Assembly (NCBI RefSeq): GCF_000022265.1 | Contig: NC_011979.1 | Location: 120,001 to 152,000 of the forward strand | Length of the DNA stretch: 32,000 nt | From: Geotalea daltonii FRC-32 | Lineage (GTDB): Bacteria > Desulfobacterota > Desulfuromonadia > Geobacterales > Geobacteraceae | Direction: 5' to 3' | Shown here: positions 1-8,621 of the stretch, piece by piece | Layout of the letters: each line of letters begins with the position of its first letter | Position numbering within the stretch: the first letter of the stretch is position 1 | Notes under the pieces: model-generated | What the model was told of the DNA's origin: nothing | The model's input: the letters and a program-made list of their open reading frames with translations, nothing else | Database searches by the model: none | Position numbers and translations under genes: made by a program

Positions 1-1
1 C

Positions 2-673
2 AACGAGTATGACGAATACGCCGTTGAGCAGGCTGTGCAGTTGAGGGAGCAGCTGGGTGACAGTTCCGAGCTGACCGTGCTTTCCATCGGTCCGGACCGG
101 GTCCAGGAGGCGATCAAGAAGGCATTGGCCATGGGGTGCGATCGGGGCGTCCATATCCAGGATCCGGATGTACACAAGAAAGACCCGTGGCAGGTTGCCT
201 CGATTATCGCCGCCTATGCCAAGGGTAAGAATTTTGACATCATCTTTACCGGCTTCCAGTCACAGGATCGTGGCTCCGCCCAAGTGGGGGTCACCGTTGC
301 CGAACTCCTGGGTCATGCCTGCGCAACCACCCTGGTCGGTTTCGAGTATGCAGACGGGGCAGTCAAGGCGAAGCGGGAGCTCGAGGGGGGAGTCAAGGGG
401 GTTGTCCGCCTGAAAGTGCCGGCCCTGGTGACCTGCCAGCTGGGTCTCAATATTCCACGTTACCCGACCCTGCCCAATATCATGAAGGCAAAGAAGAAAG
501 AGATAGAAGCCATAGGAGTAGCCGATGTGCTCACAGAGCAGCCGTTGTCGGTTACCGCCAGCTTCTACCCACCGGCCAAAAAAGGTGGTGGCATCGTTCT
601 CGAAGGGGATGTGGCGGATCTTAGTGACAGACTGATCAGCATACTCAAAGACAAAACTTCGGTTTTGAGATAG
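2..673 (+). CDS. etfB: Electron transfer flavoprotein beta subunit (EtfB), N-terminus cut off by the window edge
   Basis: The frame is open from nt 2 (NEYDEYAVEQAVQLREQ...), so the Met at 35 is internal. ETF-beta-like sequence (LSIGP..AIKKALAMGCDRGVHI..IIFTGFQSQDRGSAQVG). The stop at 671-673 lies 9 nt before the EtfA start. Confidence 0.85.
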   Translation, partial: NEYDEYAVEQAVQLREQLGDSSELTVLSIGPDRVQEAIKKALAMGCDRGVHIQDPDVHKKDPWQVASIIAAYAKGKNFDIIFTGFQSQDRGSAQVGVTVAELLGHACATTLVGFEYADGAVKAKRELEGGVKGVVRLKVPALVTCQLGLNIPRYPTLPNIMKAKKKEIEAIGVADVLTEQPLSVTASFYPPAKKGGGIVLEGDVADLSDRLISILKDKTSVLR

Positions 674-682
674 GAGATAACC

Positions 683-1594
683 ATGAAAGCATTGCTCGTT
701 GGTGAATACAGGGAAGGGAAGCTTCAGGACAATATTTACGAACTGGTTGCCTTTGCCGGCAAACTGGGGGCCGATGTTTCCATGGCGTTGGTCGGCGATG
801 CCGCCAATGTTCCACGTTGCAACGGCACACTTCATCTGGCGGATGTGGCCAAATACGGCGAATACAATCCGGGTCTGCACCGGGACCTGATACTGGAAGC
901 AGTGAAAAAGGAAGATCCCGACTACATTGTCTTTGCCCATTCATCCTATGGCTGGGACCTGGCTCCCCGCGTGGCGGCCAAGCTCAAGGCAGCCCAGATC
1001 TCGGAAGTGATCGGACTCAATGACGGCAGCCTGGAAGTGGGCTGCTGCAATGCCAAGATGCGCCGCACAGTCAAACCTGCAGCAGGCAAAGCTGTCGTGA
1101 CTTTGCAGGCAGGTGCTTTCTCCTTTCAGGGGGAGCAAGGGACGCCGGCAGTGGTGGCTCTTGAAGTGGCCGGAGCTCCAGATGTGGAATTCCTCGGCTA
1201 CGAGCCTGCCGAGGCAAAAGATGTGGATCTTACCAAGGCAGAGATCATCGTCAGTGCCGGCCGCGGCGTCGGCAAGAAAGACAATATTCCGGTTATCGCC
1301 GCACTGGCCAAGGCCTTCGGCGGCGAGCTCGGCGCGAGCCGGCCGGTGGTCGATGCGGGATGGGTTGAGCACAGCCACCAGGTGGGTACGACTGGGCAGA
1401 CGGTCAGTCCGAAACTCTATGTGGCCTGCGGCATCAGCGGCGCCATTCAGCACCTGGCAGGGATGAAGAAATCCGATTTCATCGTCGCCATCAACAAAGA
1501 CAAAGATGCACCCATCGGCGAGGTGGCGGATGTGCTGGTTGTGGCCGACGTGCTTCAGTTCGCTCCGGCCCTGACCGCAAAACTCCAGGGATAG
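683..1594 (+). CDS. etfA: Electron transfer flavoprotein alpha subunit (EtfA)
   Basis: 303-aa ORF with AGGAG upstream of the ATG. C-terminal ETF-alpha FAD-binding signature PKLYVACGISGAIQHLAGMKKSDFIVAINKD. Tightly follows etfB. Confidence 0.9.
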   Translation: MKALLVGEYREGKLQDNIYELVAFAGKLGADVSMALVGDAANVPRCNGTLHLADVAKYGEYNPGLHRDLILEAVKKEDPDYIVFAHSSYGWDLAPRVAAKLKAAQISEVIGLNDGSLEVGCCNAKMRRTVKPAAGKAVVTLQAGAFSFQGEQGTPAVVALEVAGAPDVEFLGYEPAEAKDVDLTKAEIIVSAGRGVGKKDNIPVIAALAKAFGGELGASRPVVDAGWVEHSHQVGTTGQTVSPKLYVACGISGAIQHLAGMKKSDFIVAINKDKDAPIGEVADVLVVADVLQFAPALTAKLQG

Positions 1595-1680
1595 CAGGCT
1601 GGGGTCGATTGTATCCTTAAATTAGTATTGCGGTACTCGTTTACTCTAAAATATAAGAAATGGAAATCAAAGGAGGCAAC

Positions 1681-2754
1681 ATGTCCGAAGTAGGCTATCG
1701 CTGGTCCATGACCGCCGTGGGGGAGCCCCTGGTGAGATCGGAATTCAATCCCTTTCCCCCTGCAGCCGGGGAAGTGGTGGTGGAGGTGGCAGGTTGCGGT
1801 GTCTGCCACACCGACCTGGGTTATTATTACGACGGTGTTCGCTTCAACCATCCTGCGCCGCTGGCTCTGGGCCACGAGATAAGCGGCCGCGTTGTCGCTG
1901 CCGGTGCAGGGGCGGAAGAATGGCAAGGCAAGGCTGTCCTGATACCGGCAGTCATTCCTTGCGGGACCTGCGATCTCTGCCTTTCCGGACATGGCACCAT
2001 CTGTCGTCAGCAGCTCATGCCGGGCAACGACATCCAGGGTGGCTTTGCCTCGCACATCAAGGTGCCGGCTCGCGGGCTGTGCCCGGTGGATGAAAAGAAG
2101 CTGTCTGCAGCTGGCTTCGAACTGGCGGACATTTCTGTTGTGGCCGATGCGGTGACCACCCCGTACCAGGCGGTGGTACAGGCCGAAGTTGCCAAGGGGG
2201 ATCTTGCCATCGTCATCGGTATCGGCGGGGTAGGGAGCTATGCCGTGCAGGTGGCCAACGCCTTCGGGGCAACGGTTATCGCCATCGACGTGGATCAGGC
2301 CAAGCTGGACAATATGGCAAAATACGGTGCGGCGCTGACCATCAATTCCCGCGAGGTGCAGGGCAAAGACCTGAAAAAAGTCATTCAGACCTTCGTCAAG
2401 GAAAAGGGGCTGCCCGCAACCTGCTGGAAAATTTTTGAATGTTCCGGGACCACCCCCGGCCAGGACACCGCCTTCGGCCTTTTGACCTTCGGCGCAACCC
2501 TGTCGGTGGTCGGTTTTACCATGAACAAGATTGAGCTGCGTCTCTCCAACCTGATGGCTTTCCATGCCAGGGCACTGGGCAACTGGGGATGTTTGACCGA
2601 GCTCTACCCGGCAGCCCTGGACCTGGTCCTGGATAAACGAATAGCCCTCGCTCCCTTTATCGAAAAGCATCCCCTTGACCAGATCAACGAGGTGTTTGCC
2701 GAGGCCCATGCCCACAAGCTGACCAGGCGGGCCATACTCGTTCCCAAAAAGTGA
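1681..2754 (+). CDS. bamQ: Zn-dependent medium-chain alcohol dehydrogenase, likely 6-hydroxycyclohex-1-ene-1-carbonyl-CoA dehydrogenase (Had/BamQ-like)
   Basis: Zn-ADH motifs [15 protein letters not shown] and GHEISGRV, plus a Rossmann [11 protein letters not shown]. Start moved to the ATG at 1681, which follows AAAGGAGG (the ORF track starts at 1660). The specific function rests on remembered similarity to Thauera Had and on the adjacent Dch-like gene. Confidence 0.65.
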   Translation: MSEVGYRWSMTAVGEPLVRSEFNPFPPAAGEVVVEVAGCGVCHTDLGYYYDGVRFNHPAPLALGHEISGRVVAAGAGAEEWQGKAVLIPAVIPCGTCDLCLSGHGTICRQQLMPGNDIQGGFASHIKVPARGLCPVDEKKLSAAGFELADISVVADAVTTPYQAVVQAEVAKGDLAIVIGIGGVGSYAVQVANAFGATVIAIDVDQAKLDNMAKYGAALTINSREVQGKDLKKVIQTFVKEKGLPATCWKIFECSGTTPGQDTAFGLLTFGATLSVVGFTMNKIELRLSNLMAFHARALGNWGCLTELYPAALDLVLDKRIALAPFIEKHPLDQINEVFAEAHAHKLTRRAILVPKK

Positions 2755-2818
2755 AGTACCGGATGGACGTAACGCAGAACGCAAAACAAGGACTGAAAGA
2801 TAAAGGGAGGAGATGAAG

Positions 2819-3589
2819 ATGAGTGAAAGCCCACTGAAAGTATCCCTGGAGCGGGATGGCATGCTGCTCCGGCTGACTCTGGCCAGACCCAAGGCCAATA
2901 TTGTCGATGCCGCCATGATAGCAGCACTGCAGTCAGCCCTTACCGAACATCTGCCGAAGCCGAAGCTCCGGGCGGTGCTCTTGTCGGCGGAAGGCCCCCA
3001 TTTCAGTTTCGGCGCCAGCGTCGATGAGCACATGCCGGACTGTTGTGCCCAGATGCTGAAGAGCCTGCATGCCCTGGTCCTGCAGCTGGTGGAGAGCCCG
3101 GTGCCGGTGCTGGTTGCCATAAATGGCCAGTGTCTGGGGGGTGGACTTGAAGTTGCCGCCGCCGGCCATTTGCTTTTTGCCGCCCCCGGCGCCATGATGG
3201 GCCAGCCCGAAATCAAACTGGCAGTATTTGCCCCCGCTGCTTCCTGCCTGTTGCCGGAACGGATCGGCCAGGCCCAGGCTGAAGACCTGCTGTTTTCCGG
3301 ACGCAGCATCACCGCCGAAGAGGCACTGCGCATCGGCCTGGTGACTGCCATTGCTGAAGATCCCGACAAGGCGGCGCTGGATTATTTCGACAAGAACCTG
3401 GCTTCAGTCAGTGCCAGCACCCTGCGTTTTGCCGTGCGGGCCGCCAGGGGAGACGCCATGCAGCGTATCAGGGCCAAGCTGGCCGCCGTGGAAAAGATGT
3501 ACCTGGTGGAACTGATGTCCACCCATGATGCAGTGGAAGGATTGAAGGCGTTCGTGGAAAAACGGCCGGCAGTCTGGCAGGATCGTTAA
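2819..3589 (+). CDS. bamR: Enoyl-CoA hydratase/crotonase family, likely cyclohexa-1,5-diene-1-carbonyl-CoA hydratase (Dch/BamR-like)
   Basis: Crotonase fold (LRLTLARPKANIVD, AEGPHFSFGASVDEH, INGQCLGGGLEVAAAG). Close to my recollection of Thauera Dch over its whole length. GGGAGGAG is spaced better for the ATG at 2819 than for the one at 2813. Confidence 0.65.
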   Translation: MSESPLKVSLERDGMLLRLTLARPKANIVDAAMIAALQSALTEHLPKPKLRAVLLSAEGPHFSFGASVDEHMPDCCAQMLKSLHALVLQLVESPVPVLVAINGQCLGGGLEVAAAGHLLFAAPGAMMGQPEIKLAVFAPAASCLLPERIGQAQAEDLLFSGRSITAEEALRIGLVTAIAEDPDKAALDYFDKNLASVSASTLRFAVRAARGDAMQRIRAKLAAVEKMYLVELMSTHDAVEGLKAFVEKRPAVWQDR

Positions 3590-3638
3590 GCAGGAAGAAA
3601 ACAATACCTAAAATCAACAATCATAAACGGAGGAGCAA

Positions 3639-4382
3639 ATGGATCTGAAGGGAAAAAATGCAATCGTAACCGGAGCCAGTCTGGGAATCGGCAGTGCCAT
3701 CGCGCTGGATCTGGCAAAGAATGGCGCCAACGTGGCCATCAACTACCGCAAGCACAGTGAAGAGGCCAACGCCATCTGTGCTGAAATCCAGAAGATGGGA
3801 CAGAAAGCTATCGCTGTCCAGGCCGACGTGGCCAGCTTCAAGGATGCCCAGGCTATGGTGGACAAGGTCGTCGCCGAGCTGGGCAGCGTCGATATCCTGG
3901 TCAACAACGCCGGGGTCAACCGTGACGCCGTCATCTGGAAAATGACTGAAGAGCAGTGGGACGAATGCCTTGCCATCAACCTGAAAGGGTATTTCAACTA
4001 CTGTCGCGCCGTTGCCCCCGTGATGAAGGACCAGGGGAGCGGCAAGATCGTCAACGTCACCTCCATCAACGGTATGCGCGGCAAATTCGGTCAGACGAAC
4101 TACTCTGCCGCCAAAGCCGGCATCATCGGCTTGACCAAGGCCCTTGCCCGCGAACTGGCAAAATCCAACGTCAACTGCAACGCTATCGCCCCGGGCCTCA
4201 TCGAGACGGAAATGATGGCAGCCCTGCCGGAAGATGTGAAGCAGAAATCCCTGGCCGACATCGTGCTCGGCCGCATGGGCAAGCCGGAAGAAGTGGCCTG
4301 GCTGGTCACCTTCCTCTGTTCGGAAAAATCGCGCCACATTACCGGTGAGTGCATCAAAGTTGACGGCGGACAATATATTTAG
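3639..4382 (+). CDS. Short-chain dehydrogenase/reductase, FabG-like (probable 3-hydroxyacyl-CoA dehydrogenase)
   Basis: TGASLGIGSA (TGxxxGxG), NNAG and YSAAK (YxxxK) motifs. GGAGGAG RBS. Confidence 0.85.
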   Translation: MDLKGKNAIVTGASLGIGSAIALDLAKNGANVAINYRKHSEEANAICAEIQKMGQKAIAVQADVASFKDAQAMVDKVVAELGSVDILVNNAGVNRDAVIWKMTEEQWDECLAINLKGYFNYCRAVAPVMKDQGSGKIVNVTSINGMRGKFGQTNYSAAKAGIIGLTKALARELAKSNVNCNAIAPGLIETEMMAALPEDVKQKSLADIVLGRMGKPEEVAWLVTFLCSEKSRHITGECIKVDGGQYI

Positions 4383-4387
4383 AACCA

Positions 4388-4507
4388 TTCGGCATAACTC
4401 CCCCTGACCCCTTTAGGCCCCGCGGGTCCTCTTATCTTAAAGGGGGGGAATTCCTCTCCTCCCCTTAAGATAAGGGGAGGCCGGGAGGGATTATGAAGGG
4501 TGCCGAA
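4388..4507. repeat. Intergenic nested inverted repeat with G/C runs
   Basis: Inner arms CCTCTTATCTTAAAGGGG (4428-4445) and CCCCTTAAGATAAGGGGAGG (4461-4480). Outer arms TTCGGCA (4388-4394) and TGCCGAA (4501-4507). No T-tract follows. Confidence 0.6.
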
Positions 4508-4556
4508 CACGATACAGATATTTAAAAAATATTTGCACAATTTTATGGAGGCTCCA

Positions 4557-5756
4557 ATGCGTGAAGCAGTAATAGTAGATGCAGTACGGACGCCGGTCGG
4601 TAAATGGGGCGGCGCCCTTAAAAATGTCCGTTCGGACGACCTGGCCGCACATTGTATAGCCGAGCTGGTCAAGCGGACCAAGATCGATCCTAACCTCATC
4701 GAGGATGTGGTGCTGGGCTGCACCAACCAGGCCGGTGAAGACAACCGCAACGTGGGGCGGATGGCTGCGCTTTTGGCCGGCCTCCCTTATTCGGCTGCCG
4801 GGCAAACCATCAACCGCCTCTGCGCTTCCGGTCTCAACGCCATCAACAGCGCTGCCCAGGCCATCAAGGTGGGTGAGGGGGATGTTTTCATCGCCGGCGG
4901 CACCGAGTCCATGACCCGCGCCCCCTTTGTCATGGCCAAATCCGAGTCACCTTTTTCCAGAGACGTAAAAGTTTTCGACACCGTCATCGGCTGGCGTTTC
5001 ACCAATCCCAAGATGACCGAGCCCTATGCCAAGGAAGGGATGGGAGAAACCGCAGAGAACGTGGCGGTGCGCTACGGTCTGACCCGCCAGGAGCAAGATG
5101 AATTTGCCCTGGATACCCAGAAAAAATGGGCAGCTGCCGATGCAGCCGGTAAATTCAATGATGAGATAGTACCGGTGGTTATTCCCCAGAAAAAGGGTGA
5201 CCCGATAATCGTCAGCCGTGACGAGTTTCCCCGCGGAAACGACGTGACCATGGAGCAGCTGGCCAAGCTTCCTGCTGCCTTCAGGAAGGATGGCACCGTA
5301 ACTGCCGGCAATTCCAGCGGCATCAATGACGGGGCTGCGGCGCTCCTGCTGATGGAGGCCGAAACCGCCAAGAAGCTGGGTTACAAGCCTCTGGCGCGGG
5401 TCGTTGCCAGTGCCGTTGCCGGTTGCGACCCCTCTTACATGGGACTGGGCCCCATCCCGGCGATCCAGAAAGTCCTGAAAAGGGCCAATCTGAAGATCGA
5501 AGACATCGATTTATTCGAGCTGAACGAGGCCTTTGCCGCCCAGTCCATTCCCTGCATTCGCGAGCTGGGCATCGACCCGGCCAAGGTCAACGTCAACGGC
5601 GGCTCTATCGCCATCGGCCACCCTCTTGGCTCCACCGGCGCACGCATCACGGCAACCCTGGTGCATGAGATGAAGCGCCGCAATGCACGTTATGGCATCG
5701 TTTCCCTCTGCATTGGTGTCGGCCAGGGTATCGCTACGGTGTTCGAGCGGGTATAA
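4557..5756 (+). CDS. Acetyl-CoA acetyltransferase / 3-ketoacyl-CoA thiolase
   Basis: Thiolase motifs NRLCASGLNAI (active-site Cys), NGGSIAIGHPLGSTG and CIGVGQG. Start placed at the ATG at 4557, which is preceded by GGAGG (the ORF track starts at 4500). Confidence 0.9.
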   Translation: MREAVIVDAVRTPVGKWGGALKNVRSDDLAAHCIAELVKRTKIDPNLIEDVVLGCTNQAGEDNRNVGRMAALLAGLPYSAAGQTINRLCASGLNAINSAAQAIKVGEGDVFIAGGTESMTRAPFVMAKSESPFSRDVKVFDTVIGWRFTNPKMTEPYAKEGMGETAENVAVRYGLTRQEQDEFALDTQKKWAAADAAGKFNDEIVPVVIPQKKGDPIIVSRDEFPRGNDVTMEQLAKLPAAFRKDGTVTAGNSSGINDGAAALLLMEAETAKKLGYKPLARVVASAVAGCDPSYMGLGPIPAIQKVLKRANLKIEDIDLFELNEAFAAQSIPCIRELGIDPAKVNVNGGSIAIGHPLGSTGARITATLVHEMKRRNARYGIVSLCIGVGQGIATVFERV

Positions 5757-5780
5757 CGATCCTATGTCGGACTGACTCCT

Positions 5781-5811
5781 AGGGGCGTGGAATATCACGC
5801 CCCTTGTTTAT
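5781..5811 (+). terminator. Rho-independent terminator after the thiolase gene
   Basis: AGGGGCGTG (5781-5789), loop GAATAT, CACGCCCCT (5796-5804), then TGTTTAT. Confidence 0.7.
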
Positions 5812-5859
5812 GCTTCATCCGGGAATTCTGTGAAATAAAAGACAGTCGCGACATCGTCC

Positions 5860-6002
5860 GTTCGCTCTGTCGCCACAGCTGCGGACCTTGCAATGCCGCC
5901 CGCATAATGGTACACGATGCGTGAATTGGTAGGTTGCCTCCGTTCCACATGCGGCGGGTGTCCGCTCGCCGCTGTAGCTCGTCGCTCTCTCCCGATGCCA
6001 CG
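5860..6002. repeat. Structured repeat, copy A (conserved arms, variable centre)
   Basis: The 5' arm (5860-5891) matches 6932-6963 at 30 of 32 positions. The 3' arm (5953-6002) closely matches 7019-7069. The central ~60 nt are unrelated between copies. Confidence 0.75.
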
Positions 6003-6046
6003 ACTGTCTTCCCCGGAAATGTCTGAAGAATCTTGTTTTTCGGGGG

Positions 6047-6892
6047 ATGGTTATGTCAGAGAAGACACGAAAACTGCGCATTGATTTCCATGTTCATCTT
6101 TCGCAGTACACCTACCACAAGCCGTGGGTAACGGAATGGATGAGCCGCCAGCATCCCGAAGGTTATGAGGCATTCATCCGTCGCTACAGCGATCCGGGGG
6201 CATTCGAGGAACTGCTCTCGGCGGAAGGGGTCGATTATGCCTGCATCCTTGCCGAGCTGAGCTACGTCACCACCGGCGTCTGTACCAACAAGCAGGTGCG
6301 GGAGTTCTGCGCCGGGAGAAAACGGCTGATTCCCTTCTGCGACCTCAATCCCCACCTCTATACCGATCTGGGGGCGGAACTGCACCGCAAAGTGGAAACC
6401 GAAGGCTTTCGCGGCATCAAGCTTTACCCCACCTACCAGCATTACTACCTCAACGACACCAGGATGTATCCCCTCTACCGGGCGGCCGAGGATCTGGGAA
6501 TTCCGGTGCTCATCCATACCGGCTCATCGGTGTTCACGGGTTCGCGCATGAAGTATGGCGATCCTCTCCACCTGGACGACGTGGCCGGGGATTTTCCCTC
6601 GCTGAACCTGGTCATGGCCCATGCCGGACGCGGCTTCTGGTATGATAGGGCCTTTTTCCTTTCCAAGCTCCACGCCAATCTCTATATGGAAATATCAGGT
6701 CTTCCTCCGGCTAAATTGACTACCTATTTTCCGGAATTCTCCCGCAACACGGACAAAATCATCTTCGGCAGCGATTGGCCGGCGGTTCCCTCCTTGAGCG
6801 GCAACATGAAGGCAATTGGTGAACTCCCCATCTCCAAGGAAGGGGCAGATAACATCCTGGGGGGTAATGCGGCGAGGATTCTGGGATTATAG
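6047..6892 (+). CDS. Amidohydrolase_2-family metal-dependent hydrolase/decarboxylase (TIM barrel)
   Basis: Metal-ligand pattern typical of the ACMSD/LigW/LigI family: IDFHVH, VLIHTGS, VMAHAG, FGSDWP. The alternative start at 6053 is equally possible. Confidence 0.75.
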   Translation: MVMSEKTRKLRIDFHVHLSQYTYHKPWVTEWMSRQHPEGYEAFIRRYSDPGAFEELLSAEGVDYACILAELSYVTTGVCTNKQVREFCAGRKRLIPFCDLNPHLYTDLGAELHRKVETEGFRGIKLYPTYQHYYLNDTRMYPLYRAAEDLGIPVLIHTGSSVFTGSRMKYGDPLHLDDVAGDFPSLNLVMAHAGRGFWYDRAFFLSKLHANLYMEISGLPPAKLTTYFPEFSRNTDKIIFGSDWPAVPSLSGNMKAIGELPISKEGADNILGGNAARILGL

Positions 6893-6931
6893 CGGTTGGC
6901 GAGTGGCAGGTGCGGTTGCCGTGGCTTCATT

Positions 6932-7069
6932 GTTCGTTCTGTCGCCCCAGCTGCGGACCTTGCGCCGACTCTTGTCCTGACTTCCTGAGTATCCGATTGC
7001 TGCTTCTTCATACTTCGTGGCGGGTGTCCGCTCGCCGCTGCGGCTCGGTCACTCTCTCCCGAAACCACG
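6932..7069. repeat. Structured repeat, copy B
   Basis: Direct repeat of copy A (5860-6002). Lies between the convergent amidohydrolase stop (6892) and mocA stop (7108). Confidence 0.75.
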
Positions 7070-7107
7070 GCAACCTGGCAAATTTTTGCATTAGCACCGA
7101 AAACCCA

Positions 7108-7761
7108 TTAAAGCCTTGCCAGCAGGCGGCGATAGTCCTCTTCCGTATCCAGATCCATGAGAATGGCCGGAGTTTGGACTTCGATGCTTCGGATTCTTCC
7201 GGCATATTCCTGAAAGAGGGTCCTGGCGCCGCAGTCGCCGTTCAATGTGTCCATAAGGGGAAAGGTTTCCCGGCTGAAAAGAACCGGATTGCCCCGCTGG
7301 CCGTCAAAGGTGGGGATGACGATGGGGGCGTGGGAATCGGCAAAACCGGCCATGATCAGGTCGATGGTCTCAGCGGTGACCAGCGGCTGATCACCAAGGA
7401 GAAAGAGGGCGGCGTCGAAATTCACCGGAATCGCGTTCAGTCCAGCTTTCAGTGACGAACTCTGTCCCGTCTCATAGGCACTGTTGATAACGGTAGTGAC
7501 GCTTTTTTGCTCCAGAAGCGGCTTGATGCGTTCCGCTTCATGGCCGAGCACGACGATCACTCGCTGCAGGCTTGAAGCCAGGGCATTTTCCACCACCCGT
7601 TCAATGACGGTCCGACCCCGGAAGGGGAGAAGCTGTTTCGGTTGACCCATGCGGCGGCTGCTGCCGGCGGCGAGAACGATGCCGGCCACCTTGGGCTCAG
7701 GCTGATGAAAAAGCCCCGTCTGCCGCGTTGCCCTTACCATTCGTCGTTGCGGCGTACTCAT
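7108..7761 (-). CDS. mocA: Molybdenum cofactor cytidylyltransferase (MocA/YgfJ-like, MobA-like NTP transferase)
   Basis: GIVLAAGSSRRMGQPKQLL N-terminal nucleotide-binding motif and LGDQP motif. Last gene of the XDH-family maturation set. Confidence 0.8.
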   Translation of the reverse strand: MSTPQRRMVRATRQTGLFHQPEPKVAGIVLAAGSSRRMGQPKQLLPFRGRTVIERVVENALASSLQRVIVVLGHEAERIKPLLEQKSVTTVINSAYETGQSSSLKAGLNAIPVNFDAALFLLGDQPLVTAETIDLIMAGFADSHAPIVIPTFDGQRGNPVLFSRETFPLMDTLNGDCGARTLFQEYAGRIRSIEVQTPAILMDLDTEEDYRRLLARL

Positions 7762-7831
7762 AGGTGCGCCTCACTCCTCTGGTCTCGGGCGCCTTGCCCC
7801 TGGGACTTGTTGATCAGCCTGGCATACCCTG

Positions 7832-8617
7832 TCATTGGCTTCCTCCAACGTAGACACGGTGCACATTGATGCCTTCCAGAAGCTGACCGACCATGACCGC
7901 CTCGGCGACGGAGGGGGAGGCTCCGTTCAACTGGAGCGCGACGGCAGCTCCTTTCTCCTCCAGTTCGAGGGTATCAGCCTTGTTGAGGAAGATGAATCGT
8001 CGTGCCTGGGCCGGAGCCCCCTTGAAGGCACCGGAAGGATGGGCGAGAAGTCGGGCCAGGGCGGGAACGGTGATTGTTTCACCTGGCGAAAGCTGCATCA
8101 GTTCCCCTGCCAGTTCCGAGCGAAAGACCATTTCTTCTCCCAGGGGCCTGCCGAGCACCTCCAGCCCGGCCAGGGCGACGACGATGGAGGTATTTTCGGG
8201 GATGACCGGTTCATGGGCTGCCGGCGCCTTGAGGGGTTTTCTGGCTGCACCGTCGGCCTCCACGACCACCCAGTCGAATAGCCCGGAGTCTTCGAAGGTC
8301 CGGATCGCATCGGGGGGAAAGCCGTTCAGTTTATCGGTCTGGGGGAGATAGGCGGCTGCTGCCGAAATGTGCATTCCCGCAGCCTGATGGGTTTTGGCCT
8401 GGCGGAGGATGACCTGCGGGTCCTGGTCGATGAGGAGCGTTTCCGATTGCTCGGCGGTAGGAATGAGTATCTTGGTGGTGGTCGTCGTCAGAACCCGCTT
8501 GCCGGAGTAGGCCAGCTGCCTGGCCAGGTGAAACATCAGGCTTGTCTTGCCTCCTGCACCGACGATGCTCACTACGCCGTTCGGTCCGATCCCCACTATT
8601 TCGGCAAAGGATTTCAT
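7832..8617 (-). CDS. yqeC: YqeC-family accessory protein (selenium-dependent molybdenum hydroxylase marker)
   Basis: MKSFAEIVG..SIVGAGGKTSLMF (P-loop-like), VVVEADGAARKPLKAPAAHEPVIP. Start set at 8617, 5 nt after the yqeB stop (8622-8624). The longer ORF to 8710 overlaps yqeB. Confidence 0.7.
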   Translation of the reverse strand: MKSFAEIVGIGPNGVVSIVGAGGKTSLMFHLARQLAYSGKRVLTTTTTKILIPTAEQSETLLIDQDPQVILRQAKTHQAAGMHISAAAAYLPQTDKLNGFPPDAIRTFEDSGLFDWVVVEADGAARKPLKAPAAHEPVIPENTSIVVALAGLEVLGRPLGEEMVFRSELAGELMQLSPGETITVPALARLLAHPSGAFKGAPAQARRFIFLNKADTLELEEKGAAVALQLNGASPSVAEAVMVGQLLEGINVHRVYVGGSQ

Positions 8618-8621
8618 AGCC

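Noticed and set aside
5795-6081. Small minus-strand ORFs (68 and 88 aa) in the thiolase-amidohydrolase gap, and the 114-aa ORF at 6724-7068 that begins similarly (M-A/V-SGESD).
   Set aside because: Their similarity comes from the nucleotide repeat arms and is not maintained in frame across the element. There is no RBS and no recognisable domain.
5860-7069. Idea that the repeat-bracketed amidohydrolase is an integron gene cassette with attC sites.
   Set aside because: The conserved-arms, variable-centre architecture is reminiscent of attC. However, I could not find RYYYAAC / GTTRRRY core sites at the element ends, no integrase gene is present in the window, and the arms pair only partially.
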